From positions 1 through 53,578 of the IMG/VR virus record IMGVR_UViG_3300040816_000922: a stretch of 53,578 nt of DNA; one strand, given 5' to 3'. The notes beneath the pieces are model-generated. The model searched no databases. It was not told the DNA's origin and was given only the letters and a program-made list of their open reading frames with translations. Positions 26,401 through 34,608 of this stretch are shown piece by piece (positions within the stretch are counted from its first letter, which is position 1; each line of letters starts with the position of its first letter). This stretch comes from a virus (taxonomy: Duplodnaviria; Caudoviricetes). Both the position numbers and the translations under genes were made by a program.

Positions 26401-28324
26401 AGACGACGTCGTTGCTGCTGTAGGGGTAGTAGAAAACCTCGGTTCGCGTTCCGGCATCTAAACGATAAAAGGTAATTGCGTCCGATGTTTCTCCGCTGAC
26501 AAATGCGGGGGACCCATCGCCGTTATATGAGATGCCCCCGCCGTAGTTATCGGCTTGTCCTACCTCAATCGCGCCGGTTCCCTGACCGTCTCCGTTCGCC
26601 CTGATTAACGCCAATCCTTCGTTATCACACTTTACGCTGAGCGTTGTGCTGGTGCCGTTGTCTACCGTGAGGTTCCCGCTGATTGTGTCGCTGGTGTCAG
26701 ACCGCAGGAACTGTGAGCTATTCAGTCCATCAAGAAGATCAGCGTCTAAGCCAGAGCCGGAGCCGTCGTTGGCTGCGTGCCAGATTCGGTACTTAGCTGC
26801 GCCTCTGGACCAGCCGCCCCAGAACAAATCATTAGTGGTGCCGTCAAGACCGAAATAGCCTGCGTAGTCACCTGAAACGTGGAACGTCATAAAGGCGTCA
26901 GTATTTGCGGTAGGCGAATACACCTCTAAGCTGGATTGACTACCACTGGTAGATGCTCCGTTTGTGTTGGAGTACCAGCTAGTTTTGCTGGTATAGGCGA
27001 TGCTCTGATTAGTGTCACTACGAAGGAGTACGCTGCCCTGAATGCCGTCAACGGTGTCAGCATCAAGACCTGATCCGACGCCGTCCACCGTCTTTATTTT
27101 TGTCAGAACGTCAGCAGCGGTGTAGGAAGATGAAGGCAGCTTTGCATCGAGCGCAGCCTGGAGCCCGTCCACATTAGCGATGACGTGGTTGTGGCTGTCG
27201 TCAGCAATCGTGGTGGCAAGAGTCGCATTCGCAGAGCCGTCCCAGGAGACAGAGCCCGTAACGTCCCCAGATAGAGCTAGGGTTCGGCTAGTCGTCCAGG
27301 CATCTGCGTTGGGGTGGTAGCCGTCAGTGAATACGCGGTCCCCAGAGGTATAGTTCGCTCCACCGTTCGGGTTGTGACGAAGTGCGCCCTGCACCTCAGA
27401 CATATAGGCGTCGGCGCCGAACCCGGACTTATTGTCCGTTCCCGTACCTTCCCCGAGCTCAAGGCGCTCCGCCAGGACCTCAATTATGTAGGCACCAGAA
27501 TGGTCAATGGAGATATGGGGCTTGCCGTTAGCCCCAACAATGAATTCAGGGTGGTTGCTGCTTACCCCGCTTTGGTAGGTGACATTAACCTTCCACGTTC
27601 CGTTCTCATTCCAGTAAACGGCAGTCGCGCTCTGGTCCGTGCCAGTCGCGGAGATATGGGCGTGGAAGCGATACGCACCACCATTCGGAAGCGAGTTGCC
27701 ATCGTGGTAGAGCAGCTCTTCTGGGTTGTTTAACGAAACGGTGTAGTTCCGCTTCCAGACGTGAAGGTCGTCAGAAATAGAGTAACCGCCTTCCGCGAAG
27801 ACAAGTCGTCCGGTAAGCGTGTCGCCGGTAACGTTTACGAAGCGAGTATCGGCTTCCGTCTCTGTGTAATAGCGCCCGTCGTGAGTGTGGCTGTCGTCAG
27901 TCACGGTAACGGTTAATGTCGCGCTAGCAAGATCTGCTAGCGTTACTGAGCCAGAGGCATCCCCTGCCAGGGTTATCACCGGATCTGGCTTGTTCTGAAC
28001 GTCAGCCCAAAGGGTGACGCTCGCCTCGTCCGCGAGATCGTTAAGAAGCGCAGCGGTTACCCGGAGCTGGACGAAATCCCCAGAAGAGAATGCCTGGGCA
28101 GTGGTCCCGTCCTGACCCCGAGTAACCGTCAGCGTGTTTGAGGAAATCGCCGTGACTTTGACGATCTCAAGATTCCCAGACGTATCCTCTAACGTGACAT
28201 AGGTGTGGTCTCCAGGCGTAAGCGCTGGGAACACTGACCCGTCAGCAACCGAAATACTGGTTGCAGCAGCGGTTATGCCGCTAGCTAGAGTCGTCTGAGC
28301 ATTATTTGAGAATCGAATCGCCAT
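23477..28324 (-). CDS. Long tail fibre with C-terminal peptidase S74 intramolecular chaperone
   Basis: Seven DG(S/V)GSGLDAD(L/T)(L/V)DG repeats; YSDRAVKTNL..GVVAQEVE.VLPE..LIEAIKEL. Confidence 0.92.
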   Translation of the reverse strand: MAIRFSNNAQTTLASGITAAATSISVADGSVFPALTPGDHTYVTLEDTSGNLEIVKVTAISSNTLTVTRGQDGTTAQAFSSGDFVQLRVTAALLNDLADEASVTLWADVQNKPDPVITLAGDASGSVTLADLASATLTVTVTDDSHTHDGRYYTETEADTRFVNVTGDTLTGRLVFAEGGYSISDDLHVWKRNYTVSLNNPEELLYHDGNSLPNGGAYRFHAHISATGTDQSATAVYWNENGTWKVNVTYQSGVSSNHPEFIVGANGKPHISIDHSGAYIIEVLAERLELGEGTGTDNKSGFGADAYMSEVQGALRHNPNGGANYTSGDRVFTDGYHPNADAWTTSRTLALSGDVTGSVSWDGSANATLATTIADDSHNHVIANVDGLQAALDAKLPSSSYTAADVLTKIKTVDGVGSGLDADTVDGIQGSVLLRSDTNQSIAYTSKTSWYSNTNGASTSGSQSSLEVYSPTANTDAFMTFHVSGDYAGYFGLDGTTNDLFWGGWSRGAAKYRIWHAANDGSGSGLDADLLDGLNSSQFLRSDTSDTISGNLTVDNGTSTTLSVKCDNEGLALIRANGDGQGTGAIEVGQADNYGGGISYNGDGSPAFVSGETSDAITFYRLDAGTRTEVFYYPYSSNDVVFNGSITSSDIRVNNANTALSQGSGNALRITTNSGYVDIGPMNGTYSHFSTDRGKFYFNQPVHFDGQIYNYIGGGTTDPYWRAGNDGSGSGLDADLLDGVQAAGFMRQLSDTTSPNYTTPSSRRVDPNSSNPTNAHHAIVTFGNDGNVTGQLATHFVSGQPYTRGYNTSWSSWRTIWTDANDGSGSGLDADLLDGQHGSYYQPASTAITTGNIGSQSVSSASNIDGISFRNGNSSNGIGPDYVQENGTGYINSVSLFGQTDGALYSQAYSTAWVHQIFGDYRTGNLAVRGRLNGTWQSWKTVWTSANDGSGSGLDADTVDGLNSSSFLRSDTQATSSASLILANNWGQGTYNGQFVIQGTYPSWETRGDASQPYGWLHHQDGSGNYTLYSIAGYNNNSWTQRFTFNHGDQTFRNGGPSGNVYYHQGNDGSGSGLDADLLDGLQLHTGRNNEVNKVVRTDSNGYIQAGWINTTSGQMGSATAPDRVYCSNDGYIRYAPATNFIHKQGTTYYQAGNWIDFQSSNGAGLYWSANTGAGWHIHPTATGNMRLRSGEATYCQIELNTTGTSRAHIYADSSHNAGWLNSGAGWRMRLPSSGSFIRYEGSTQYTMWDSGNDGSGSGLDADTLDGYHHSTFWKDNEDRRISVLRFSGEGGNSSHGTISYGIFQEGGAWSNPYPDLHVGYHTGIKIGGYYGYNGTRFYDDAPSRSGAAKVMSVADGSNNVNIDNTTYSYAYRGNGNVGGTGEASYHPAGIYSTGTNWLYGTMYMNGNSQYMSGGSMFSTNRIVCDQNYGEGVYGVYSSYRYQHVWMMSTSYKLASDGTGVGNAYGMSYTHPNVGTGTNQAIAGLSHQLQGREAGSLVWALGTGIWTAYNITAYSDRAVKTNLEVIPDALSKVCQLNGYTYDRTDYKPDPLTGTMPETRQAGVVAQEVELVLPEVVSGEEGNKAVAYGNMVALLIEAIKELKAEVNDLKAQLESK

Positions 28325-28349
28325 AGCGTCCTCTTAGTGCAGAAGGGGT

Positions 28350-28781
28350 TTAGCTGACAGTCACGGTCCAGGTGATCGTGATCGAGTCATTCGCCCCTTT
28401 GTTCACTACCGCAAAGGTCGTTCGGCAAAGCATGTCGCCACCGCTCGAGGCGTTGAAAAGACCAGCCTCTACGATTGCCCCGGTGCCAGTGCCCGCAGCG
28501 AAGGACGCGACATAAACTACGTCTGCGCCGGTAACCGTGGTGCTGGTGAGCGTTACCCGAGCAGCCTCAGACCCAAGGGTCGTGTTGCCTGCCGCAGGAG
28601 AGGTGCTATCAGTGCCGATTGCCATGTGGGACATCTCATTGGACGACACACCTGCCATCCGAGAAGCCACAAACTCTTTGCCAGCCGTCACAACGAGGTT
28701 GGGGACCTCGCGCACCGTCTGACCGTTGACCGCGATGGTCAGCTTGCCTTTCAGGCTGAGATCATCCTTGATCATTGCCAT
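28350..28781 (-). CDS. Tail/collar structural protein
   Basis: NLVVTAG..SHMAIGT..EAGLFNASSGG.ML motif. Confidence 0.75.
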   Translation of the reverse strand: MAMIKDDLSLKGKLTIAVNGQTVREVPNLVVTAGKEFVASRMAGVSSNEMSHMAIGTDSTSPAAGNTTLGSEAARVTLTSTTVTGADVVYVASFAAGTGTGAIVEAGLFNASSGGDMLCRTTFAVVNKGANDSITITWTVTVS

Positions 28782-28787
28782 ACCTCG

Positions 28788-30032
28788 TTAGTTGAGCGGC
28801 GCCGCGTTCAAAGTGCTCCCGCCCAATGCCTTGGCGCCTTCAAACACATGCAGGGCGAGAGTTTCGTTTACGGTCGGGCTGTCCTCGAGGGACTTGCCGA
28901 CCGCCAAGATTTGATCGTCTGCAAACGAGAACACGTTGGTTTTGGTCTCAACGTGCTGCTCCGCGACGGAGATCAGATCGTCAACGGTGAACGCATCGGT
29001 AAAGGTTCTGGAGAACGATACCGTGCGGGAAAGAGAGTCCGTGACGATGGTGGTTTCTGTTTTCGGCAGAAGGATCGAGAGAACATCCTGATCCCCCATG
29101 CCCAGGCTCTCTGAGAGCGCCTTGGCGCCGTCGTAAGAGAGCGCCTCACTCATGGTGGGGGCGTCATCTAACGCCTTGCCTGCCGCCCAGGACAGCTCCT
29201 CAGAGGGGGCTACGTCATCACTAAAGCCCCGGACAAAGACAACATCCCTGCTGAACGTGTCTGCCACGGAGAACCCGTCGTCCGCGACGGTTGCGTAATC
29301 AAGTGCCAGCTCTTCGCCTAGGTTCGCCGCGTCAGCGTAAGCCGCATCGAAATCAAACAGGTGGTCCTCTGAAAGCGCAGGGGCGTCGAAAAACCCCTTT
29401 CCGGTGAGGATAGTCTGAGAATCACCAAGCGGACCAAAGGCGTCACTAAATACGGTCGCGAAGCTGAGAGCGTGATCCTCAACGATCAGGGGCTGATCTG
29501 CCGCTATCGTTGAGTAATCCAGCGCGTGATCCTCAGAGATCACAGCCTGATCGAAGTACCCGGGCTCGATGTCTAGGAACTGGGAGTCAGCGAAGGAGAC
29601 CGACTCAACAAAATCTCGGAAGATCTCCAGGCGAAGGATCACGTTATCCAGCATGACCGCTTCGTCTTGCTCGACCTTGCCTGTCAGAAGAACAAGCTCT
29701 TCTATCAGCTCGCCAAGCTGATCATTAAACGGCTTGCCGACCTCAAGGGATGGGAGATCAGAAAGCCCAAAGTTGTCCCGGAGGTAGCGGTTCAAGGCGC
29801 CCACGAGGAGCGCGATGTTCGTCGCGGAGACAGATACCCAGCTGGTCAGCGCAGCCGGGGCGCTAAAGCCGATGAAGGATGCCAGCTCTCGAAGGGCGAG
29901 AGACGCCCGAACATCGAGGCGCTTCACCTCAGGAGCAGTGACCTGCTCAAGCTTTATGTTGGCGGCAGAGAGCCTCGGCGCGTCAACCGATAGCGTTACG
30001 CGGCGCCAGCCAGTGACTAGCGCCCGCAACAT
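28788..30032 (-). CDS. Acidic repeat-containing virion protein
   Basis: Recurring D...SED..L(D/S)(Y/F) and GK..(D/E)D units with ~19-aa period. Confidence 0.7.
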   Translation of the reverse strand: MLRALVTGWRRVTLSVDAPRLSAANIKLEQVTAPEVKRLDVRASLALRELASFIGFSAPAALTSWVSVSATNIALLVGALNRYLRDNFGLSDLPSLEVGKPFNDQLGELIEELVLLTGKVEQDEAVMLDNVILRLEIFRDFVESVSFADSQFLDIEPGYFDQAVISEDHALDYSTIAADQPLIVEDHALSFATVFSDAFGPLGDSQTILTGKGFFDAPALSEDHLFDFDAAYADAANLGEELALDYATVADDGFSVADTFSRDVVFVRGFSDDVAPSEELSWAAGKALDDAPTMSEALSYDGAKALSESLGMGDQDVLSILLPKTETTIVTDSLSRTVSFSRTFTDAFTVDDLISVAEQHVETKTNVFSFADDQILAVGKSLEDSPTVNETLALHVFEGAKALGGSTLNAAPLN

Positions 30033-30406
30033 TAGTCGAAGTCCTCCCGGACCCGAATGCGGATCAGGTCATAAACCGTTTGCACACCCCCGGTGGCAAA
30101 GGTGACCTCAAGCTCCCCCTCGAAGATCCCCGCTTCCGTTAGCCCGCCACCGGAGAAGTCAGTGATGCACTCCCCTCCTTCGGCGTCGCTGACCGTGCAA
30201 GTCAACGTTGTAGTCACAGTGCTGGAGCCCGCCTGCCGAAGGCGAAGGCGGACGGTGCATCCGGTGAGATCGATCAGCTCCCAGGTGTCAGGATCTTGGG
30301 GGTCAAGCTCGAACCCCTCCCGCGCCTTGTTGCTGTCCTTCAGCGTGAAGGTCAGCTCAGGGAGAGTGTCGCCAGCTACGAGATCAAGGGTTTCGCTGTA
30401 AGCCAT
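30032..30406 (-). CDS. BppU N-terminal-like Ig-fold tail protein
   Basis: GDTLPEL.FTLKD..IDLTG..G.FEGELEVTF motif. Confidence 0.7.
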   Translation of the reverse strand: MAYSETLDLVAGDTLPELTFTLKDSNKAREGFELDPQDPDTWELIDLTGCTVRLRLRQAGSSTVTTTLTCTVSDAEGGECITDFSGGGLTEAGIFEGELEVTFATGGVQTVYDLIRIRVREDFD

Positions 30407-30408
30407 AG

Positions 30409-31029
30409 CTAGAATCCAAAGGGTCGGTAGTTGGCTCGAAGGGAAGCGCCGCCAAAACCAAACTTGACCACGCGCTGGATACGCGAGGTCTCCCGCTCGT
30501 AGCGCCGCTCGAAGAAGATCGCCCTATCAGTGTCCGTCCAGGCAACGTCAGCCTGGAGGAGAACCCGGGCAAGAGCGCCAGCAATGATTGCGTCCTTGTA
30601 TTCGTAGCCAATCGTGTCCGGGATGGACCCAGCTGAACGCAAGGGCTTGAGCGAGTAGATGACCTTCGCCGTTTCGTTCTCCGACGGGATCGGAGCAACA
30701 TAGAACAGAGTGTTGTCCGGGGAGCCGTAATACTTGGGCTTGCCTCCGGTATCAGCGATCTGAACCTTGCGAATGTCCTCAAAGCTCGCTGCCGCCATCT
30801 CTTCCTGACCGCGCATCACCTGAAGAATGTGATTGACCTCAAAGCCTCGAGGCGCGCTCAAGCTGTACTCATCGATGTTGGCGACAAAGAAAATGTCTTC
30901 CTCGACCTTGTACGCATCGGTGCGCATGAGGAAGTCGATGGCTGCGTCCCGAAGCCCCTCGTCCAAAATGAACTCAGGGCACCCGGGAGCTAGCCGACGC
31001 ATTTCAGGATAAAGGTCTTCCCACTTCAT
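30409..31029 (-). CDS. Head-tail adaptor-like protein
   Basis: PGCP..LRDAAIDF..PIP..LKP..IIAGALARVL pattern. Confidence 0.7.
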   Translation of the reverse strand: MKWEDLYPEMRRLAPGCPEFILDEGLRDAAIDFLMRTDAYKVEEDIFFVANIDEYSLSAPRGFEVNHILQVMRGQEEMAAASFEDIRKVQIADTGGKPKYYGSPDNTLFYVAPIPSENETAKVIYSLKPLRSAGSIPDTIGYEYKDAIIAGALARVLLQADVAWTDTDRAIFFERRYERETSRIQRVVKFGFGGASLRANYRPFGF

Positions 31030-31041
31030 CGGGGTCCCCTA

Positions 31042-31737
31042 TTAGGCTCGACCTTGATTCCGGTCAGGACCAGCAGGCGCAGGCGTCACGGCAGCGTCAA
31101 TCTGCATCTTCACGCCGAGGCTGTTGGCGAAGTTTTGAAGGTGCAGCTGCGCTCGCTCGAGGTTCCCTGCGTACTCCGTGTCCTTCGAGTAAGCCCGGAA
31201 CAGGACGTAATCCAGAAGCGGGTTGGAGTAAACGTCGTCCAGCCCGATCACCGTGGTGGTGATATCACTGAGATCATTGTCGTCACCCGTGCTCGAAACG
31301 ATAGCCGTCGGCGCCGTGCTGTACACGATCTCGATCTGCACAGTGTCCTGGGGCTTCTGGTACAGATAAAAAGTCTTCGGATCCCGGGGGTCATACACGA
31401 AGTGCTTGACCTCGAGCGCGCCAGACGAAGGCTCGTTGTGCCAGGTAGGCAGCTGCTCATCCAAAACCTGGCGGCTCACCTGGGTGATAACCCGACCGTT
31501 CACGTTGCGAACAACGTCGATCAGGCGGAGCGCCGCAGCAGGCAGCGTCTGCTTGCTCGAAGCCGCACAGGTGAAGTTCTCATTCACCGTCTTGGCGTCC
31601 GGGCGGTGCAGCACCACCTCGCGTTGCGCGTCGTTGAAATAGTCGAGCAGCTCGCCTTTCGTCCAACGGACATTGCTAGTGTCCTGAATGATGCGGCTGG
31701 CACGATCCAGAATATCGAGGACCTTTACGGTAGCCAT
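31042..31737 (-). CDS. Head-tail adaptor (DUF6682-like)
   Basis: QD..NVRWT..ELL.YFNDAQ..RPDA and DYVLFRAYSKD motifs. Confidence 0.8.
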   Translation of the reverse strand: MATVKVLDILDRASRIIQDTSNVRWTKGELLDYFNDAQREVVLHRPDAKTVNENFTCAASSKQTLPAAALRLIDVVRNVNGRVITQVSRQVLDEQLPTWHNEPSSGALEVKHFVYDPRDPKTFYLYQKPQDTVQIEIVYSTAPTAIVSSTGDDNDLSDITTTVIGLDDVYSNPLLDYVLFRAYSKDTEYAGNLERAQLHLQNFANSLGVKMQIDAAVTPAPAGPDRNQGRA

Positions 31738-31739
31738 TA

Positions 31740-32000
31740 CTAATCACTCCACTCGATGATTTCGAGATCGGGGTTGCCCTGAAATAGGGGGTTCCAGCCG
31801 AACTCATTGCCAGTCTTGATGTTCCGAACACGCTTCGGGGCGCGCTCCTTCATCGGCTCAGGCTCGGGAGCTAAACCCCCGTTCCTGCGCAGATTTTCTA
31901 ATTCGTGCATGAGAGCTGCATGCTTCTTGGTGAGATCGAGGGCGACCCCGAACTCCTCCATAGCCGTCTCAAAGATCTCGTCCTTGGTCATGTAACTCAT
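31740..32000 (-). CDS. Hypothetical protein
   Basis: ATGA-coupled in the head operon. Confidence 0.65.
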   Translation of the reverse strand: MSYMTKDEIFETAMEEFGVALDLTKKHAALMHELENLRRNGGLAPEPEPMKERAPKRVRNIKTGNEFGWNPLFQGNPDLEIIEWSD

Positions 32001-32254
32001 GCGGTCCTGTGCCTCCGGGTCGTCCGCCGGGCGCTAGCCGTCTGGCGGCTATGCTGCTTACCCTTCTTGGTGTCCTCGCGCTTCTTTCTCGTCGTCGCCG
32101 CATATTCCTCTTTCGACATAGCGGCAATCGCCTTCTTCGGGAGGTAGCGCTCTCCCGTAGCACTGGGACCCTGAGTCGAGTTTTTCCCGCTCCTGGTCCT
32201 CCACTCCTGCTCAGTCCACTTCTTCAGGGACTTCTGGGTCTTCTTGACCGCCAT
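31997..32254 (-). CDS. Basic protein, C-terminal half of DUF5872-like family
   Basis: SLKKWTEQEW.T..ERYLPKKA..KK...GKQ. Confidence 0.75.
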   Translation of the reverse strand: MAVKKTQKSLKKWTEQEWRTRSGKNSTQGPSATGERYLPKKAIAAMSKEEYAATTRKKREDTKKGKQHSRQTASARRTTRRHRTA

Positions 32255-32439
32255 CAGTCTCGATACCCCCCGCCGTTCGCCTTGTACTCACGAGCCAGCA
32301 TTTGGGCTTTCCTGGCGGACCACTGCCCGGGCTTGCCGCCCTTGTCGCCAGCGAGGATCTTTTCGTAAAGACGCTTCCGCATAGCGGGCTTGGTGTAGTT
32401 GCCTGCCTCGTTTACGCGGGACTTCTTCTGTACAGCCAT
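32254..32439 (-). CDS. Basic protein, N-terminal half of DUF5872-like family
   Basis: YTKP..GDKGGKPGQWSARKAQMLA.EYK..GGGY. Confidence 0.8.
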   Translation of the reverse strand: MAVQKKSRVNEAGNYTKPAMRKRLYEKILAGDKGGKPGQWSARKAQMLAREYKANGGGYRD

Positions 32440-32454
32440 AGATCCTCCAGAAAC

Positions 32455-32476
32455 GGGGTCCCCCGAAGGGGACCCC
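32455..32476 (-). terminator. cUUCGg hairpin after the capsid gene (partial terminator/stabiliser)
   Basis: GGGGTCCCC-TTCG-GGGGACCCC followed by GTTTCT. Confidence 0.7.
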
Positions 32477-32484
32477 TAGCCTGC

Positions 32485-33339
32485 TTAGGCAGACTTGAGC
32501 TTCAGCAGAACGCCGCAGTCGGGGGTCACGACCTTGTAGCCGTAGACCTTGAGACCACGCACGCCGTCACCGAAGGTGCTCTCAAGCCGCACGGTCTCCG
32601 TCTTCACGAACTGAGAAGCGAAGGTTGCGAACTTGGGATGACCTGCAAGGCAGAAGGTCTTGCCATCGTCAGCGCCGCCGGAGCTATCCACGTTGAGCAG
32701 GTTGGAGGACATGACCTTGAAGCGGTCGATGTTCCCCACCACGCCATTGCGGATCGGAGAAGCGCTGTCGCCCGTCAGGTAGGCGAGCTTGAGGTCAGAC
32801 TTCTTCAGCATCTCAATCGCCCACGGGGGGAGAAGAATGAAGCGGTCGGAGTCAGGGATGTTCAGCTCGTCCATGCGGCGAGCAGCCTCAAGCACTGCAT
32901 CGAGGATCGTGGAAGCCGTAACGGCACCATCGTCCACGGTGCTGGTTGCGCCGGTCACGACGTTCGCGAGGAAGTCGGTCTCGACGGCAATGCGCATGGA
33001 CTCGGAAGCATCCTTGGAAGCCTCGGTCCAGTAAGCGATGTCGCTTTGTGCGCGCTGGATGTCATCCACCTTGAACGCGTAGCTCTTCGCCTTGTCGATG
33101 AGGAGCTCGATGTTCGAGGTCGTAACGTCCTGGTAGGAGATCGTGCCAGTGTAGTCGGCAACGGTCACGTTCGGGACGGTGCGGATGATCACCTTGTCGC
33201 CCTGCCCGGAGATCTCACCTTCGTAGTCGGTGTTCGAGACCATGGGAAGAACGGAACTTGCGTAGAACTTTGCTTGCAACTTCTTGGAGAAAATCTCCGG
33301 GACGAAGTTAGCAGCACCACCAGTCGGAAAAGCAGCCAT
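32485..33339 (-). CDS. Major capsid protein (P22 coat-like)
   Basis: FVPEIFSKKL..NTDYEGEI..GDKV.I, FGDGVRGL.VYG.KV; GGAGG RBS. Confidence 0.92.
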   Translation of the reverse strand: MAAFPTGGAANFVPEIFSKKLQAKFYASSVLPMVSNTDYEGEISGQGDKVIIRTVPNVTVADYTGTISYQDVTTSNIELLIDKAKSYAFKVDDIQRAQSDIAYWTEASKDASESMRIAVETDFLANVVTGATSTVDDGAVTASTILDAVLEAARRMDELNIPDSDRFILLPPWAIEMLKKSDLKLAYLTGDSASPIRNGVVGNIDRFKVMSSNLLNVDSSGGADDGKTFCLAGHPKFATFASQFVKTETVRLESTFGDGVRGLKVYGYKVVTPDCGVLLKLKSA

Positions 33340-33371
33340 GTGTCACCTCCAATGTGATCACAAAAGTTGAT

Positions 33372-34322
33372 TTATCCCCTGACCCGACCTTCGAGCATGG
33401 CTTTGTCGATCTCAGCTTCGTACTTCAGAAACTCGTCTGTAGTCATTCGCTGAATATCGGACATCGACCAGACCTTCTTGCCTGCGTCAGGGTCCGGTTT
33501 GCGCGCCTTGGGCAGCTTCGGCTCGGAGACTTTCCGCGCCTGTTCCACCTTCGCTTCGCGCTTCACCTGCGGCTTGACGACCATTCCCATTGCATCTTTG
33601 TAGCGAGTCAGGAGCTCATTCACTTCGTCTGCACTTCCTTCCCCGGCAATGCGTTGCCAGGTCGGGCTTTGCCGCTCGAGCCAGCCTTCCCAATCCTCAG
33701 TGGCGATAACCTCTGAGAAGTCAGGATGGACAGCCCTGATGGCTGCAAAATGTGCGTCGAGGACAGCTTTTTGATCTCGCTCCTCAATGCTTGAAACGGT
33801 CTCTCCCACGCGACCCTCGAGAACTTGTAGGCGCTTAATCAGGGGTCCTACCACTTCCGGGTAGTCCTTCATAAGCTGCTCTAGGTCCTTGTCCCCGAGC
33901 TCCGTGGTCGGCTCAGCACTGCTCGCCTTGGTCTTGGCTGAACGTTCCAGATCGCTGATGCGTTGCTCAGCTTCCTTCAGGTCCTTCCGTAACCGCGACG
34001 CCTCCTGCGTTGCCTTTGTCATCCGCGCCTGGGCATTCTTGTAGCGCTCCTCCCAAACACTGGAGGGGGCATCCTCCTGGGAGTCAGAGTCCTCTGCTTC
34101 GCCGCTTTCTGCTTCGGGCTCTGGATCAGTGTCCGCAGCCTCCACCGTTTCCTCCTGATCAGAGGGGGTGGGTTCCTCGGATTCCTGCTGCTCAGTCGGC
34201 GTTTCCTCCTCGGCTTCCTCCGTCGATTCGTCCGATTCGGGGGCGTTCTGAGCCGCCATCATCTGTTGAAACAATTCGTCTGCTTCGCGCTCCAATGCTT
34301 CAGGATCGACCTTTGCCATCAC
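33372..34322 (-). CDS. Capsid scaffolding protein
   Basis: Acidic N-terminus, WEERYKNAQ coiled coil, HPDF, C-terminal AMLEGRV; located before the capsid gene. Confidence 0.85.
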   Translation of the reverse strand: MMAKVDPEALEREADELFQQMMAAQNAPESDESTEEAEEETPTEQQESEEPTPSDQEETVEAADTDPEPEAESGEAEDSDSQEDAPSSVWEERYKNAQARMTKATQEASRLRKDLKEAEQRISDLERSAKTKASSAEPTTELGDKDLEQLMKDYPEVVGPLIKRLQVLEGRVGETVSSIEERDQKAVLDAHFAAIRAVHPDFSEVIATEDWEGWLERQSPTWQRIAGEGSADEVNELLTRYKDAMGMVVKPQVKREAKVEQARKVSEPKLPKARKPDPDAGKKVWSMSDIQRMTTDEFLKYEAEIDKAMLEGRVRG

Positions 34323-34371
34323 TGGCTCCTTTCAACCGGGGCACCATCCGTGGTGCGTATCCGAATGAGCG

Positions 34372-34608
34372 CTATTTGCGCTCGCCTTTGAGAACTCGCT
34401 CTGCGATGTCCTCAATTTCTAGGAAGAAGCCAAGCTCCTTGGCTCTTCCCTGGAGCCGCTGGTAACCATCCCCAGCGGTTTCCAATTCATTCCTTACGGC
34501 TTCACGCCGCTGGCGGAGCTCCTGGAGGAGGTCCTCCCATTGGTCCGGGCACCGCGCCCGGAGGAACAGGACCGCCTGCGCCGCCTTGGGCGAGAGCCAT
34601 TGCCGCAT
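34372..34608 (-). CDS. Small head-associated protein overlapping the portal 3' end
   Basis: AGGAGG RBS inside the portal gene; RLQGRAKEL motif. Confidence 0.75.
   Translation of the reverse strand: MRQWLSPKAAQAVLFLRARCPDQWEDLLQELRQRREAVRNELETAGDGYQRLQGRAKELGFFLEIEDIAERVLKGERK

Noticed and set aside
23477-28324. DGR or shufflon acting on the tail fibre
   Set aside because: No reverse transcriptase, no adenine-variant template repeat, and no adjacent invertase or inverted cassettes seen
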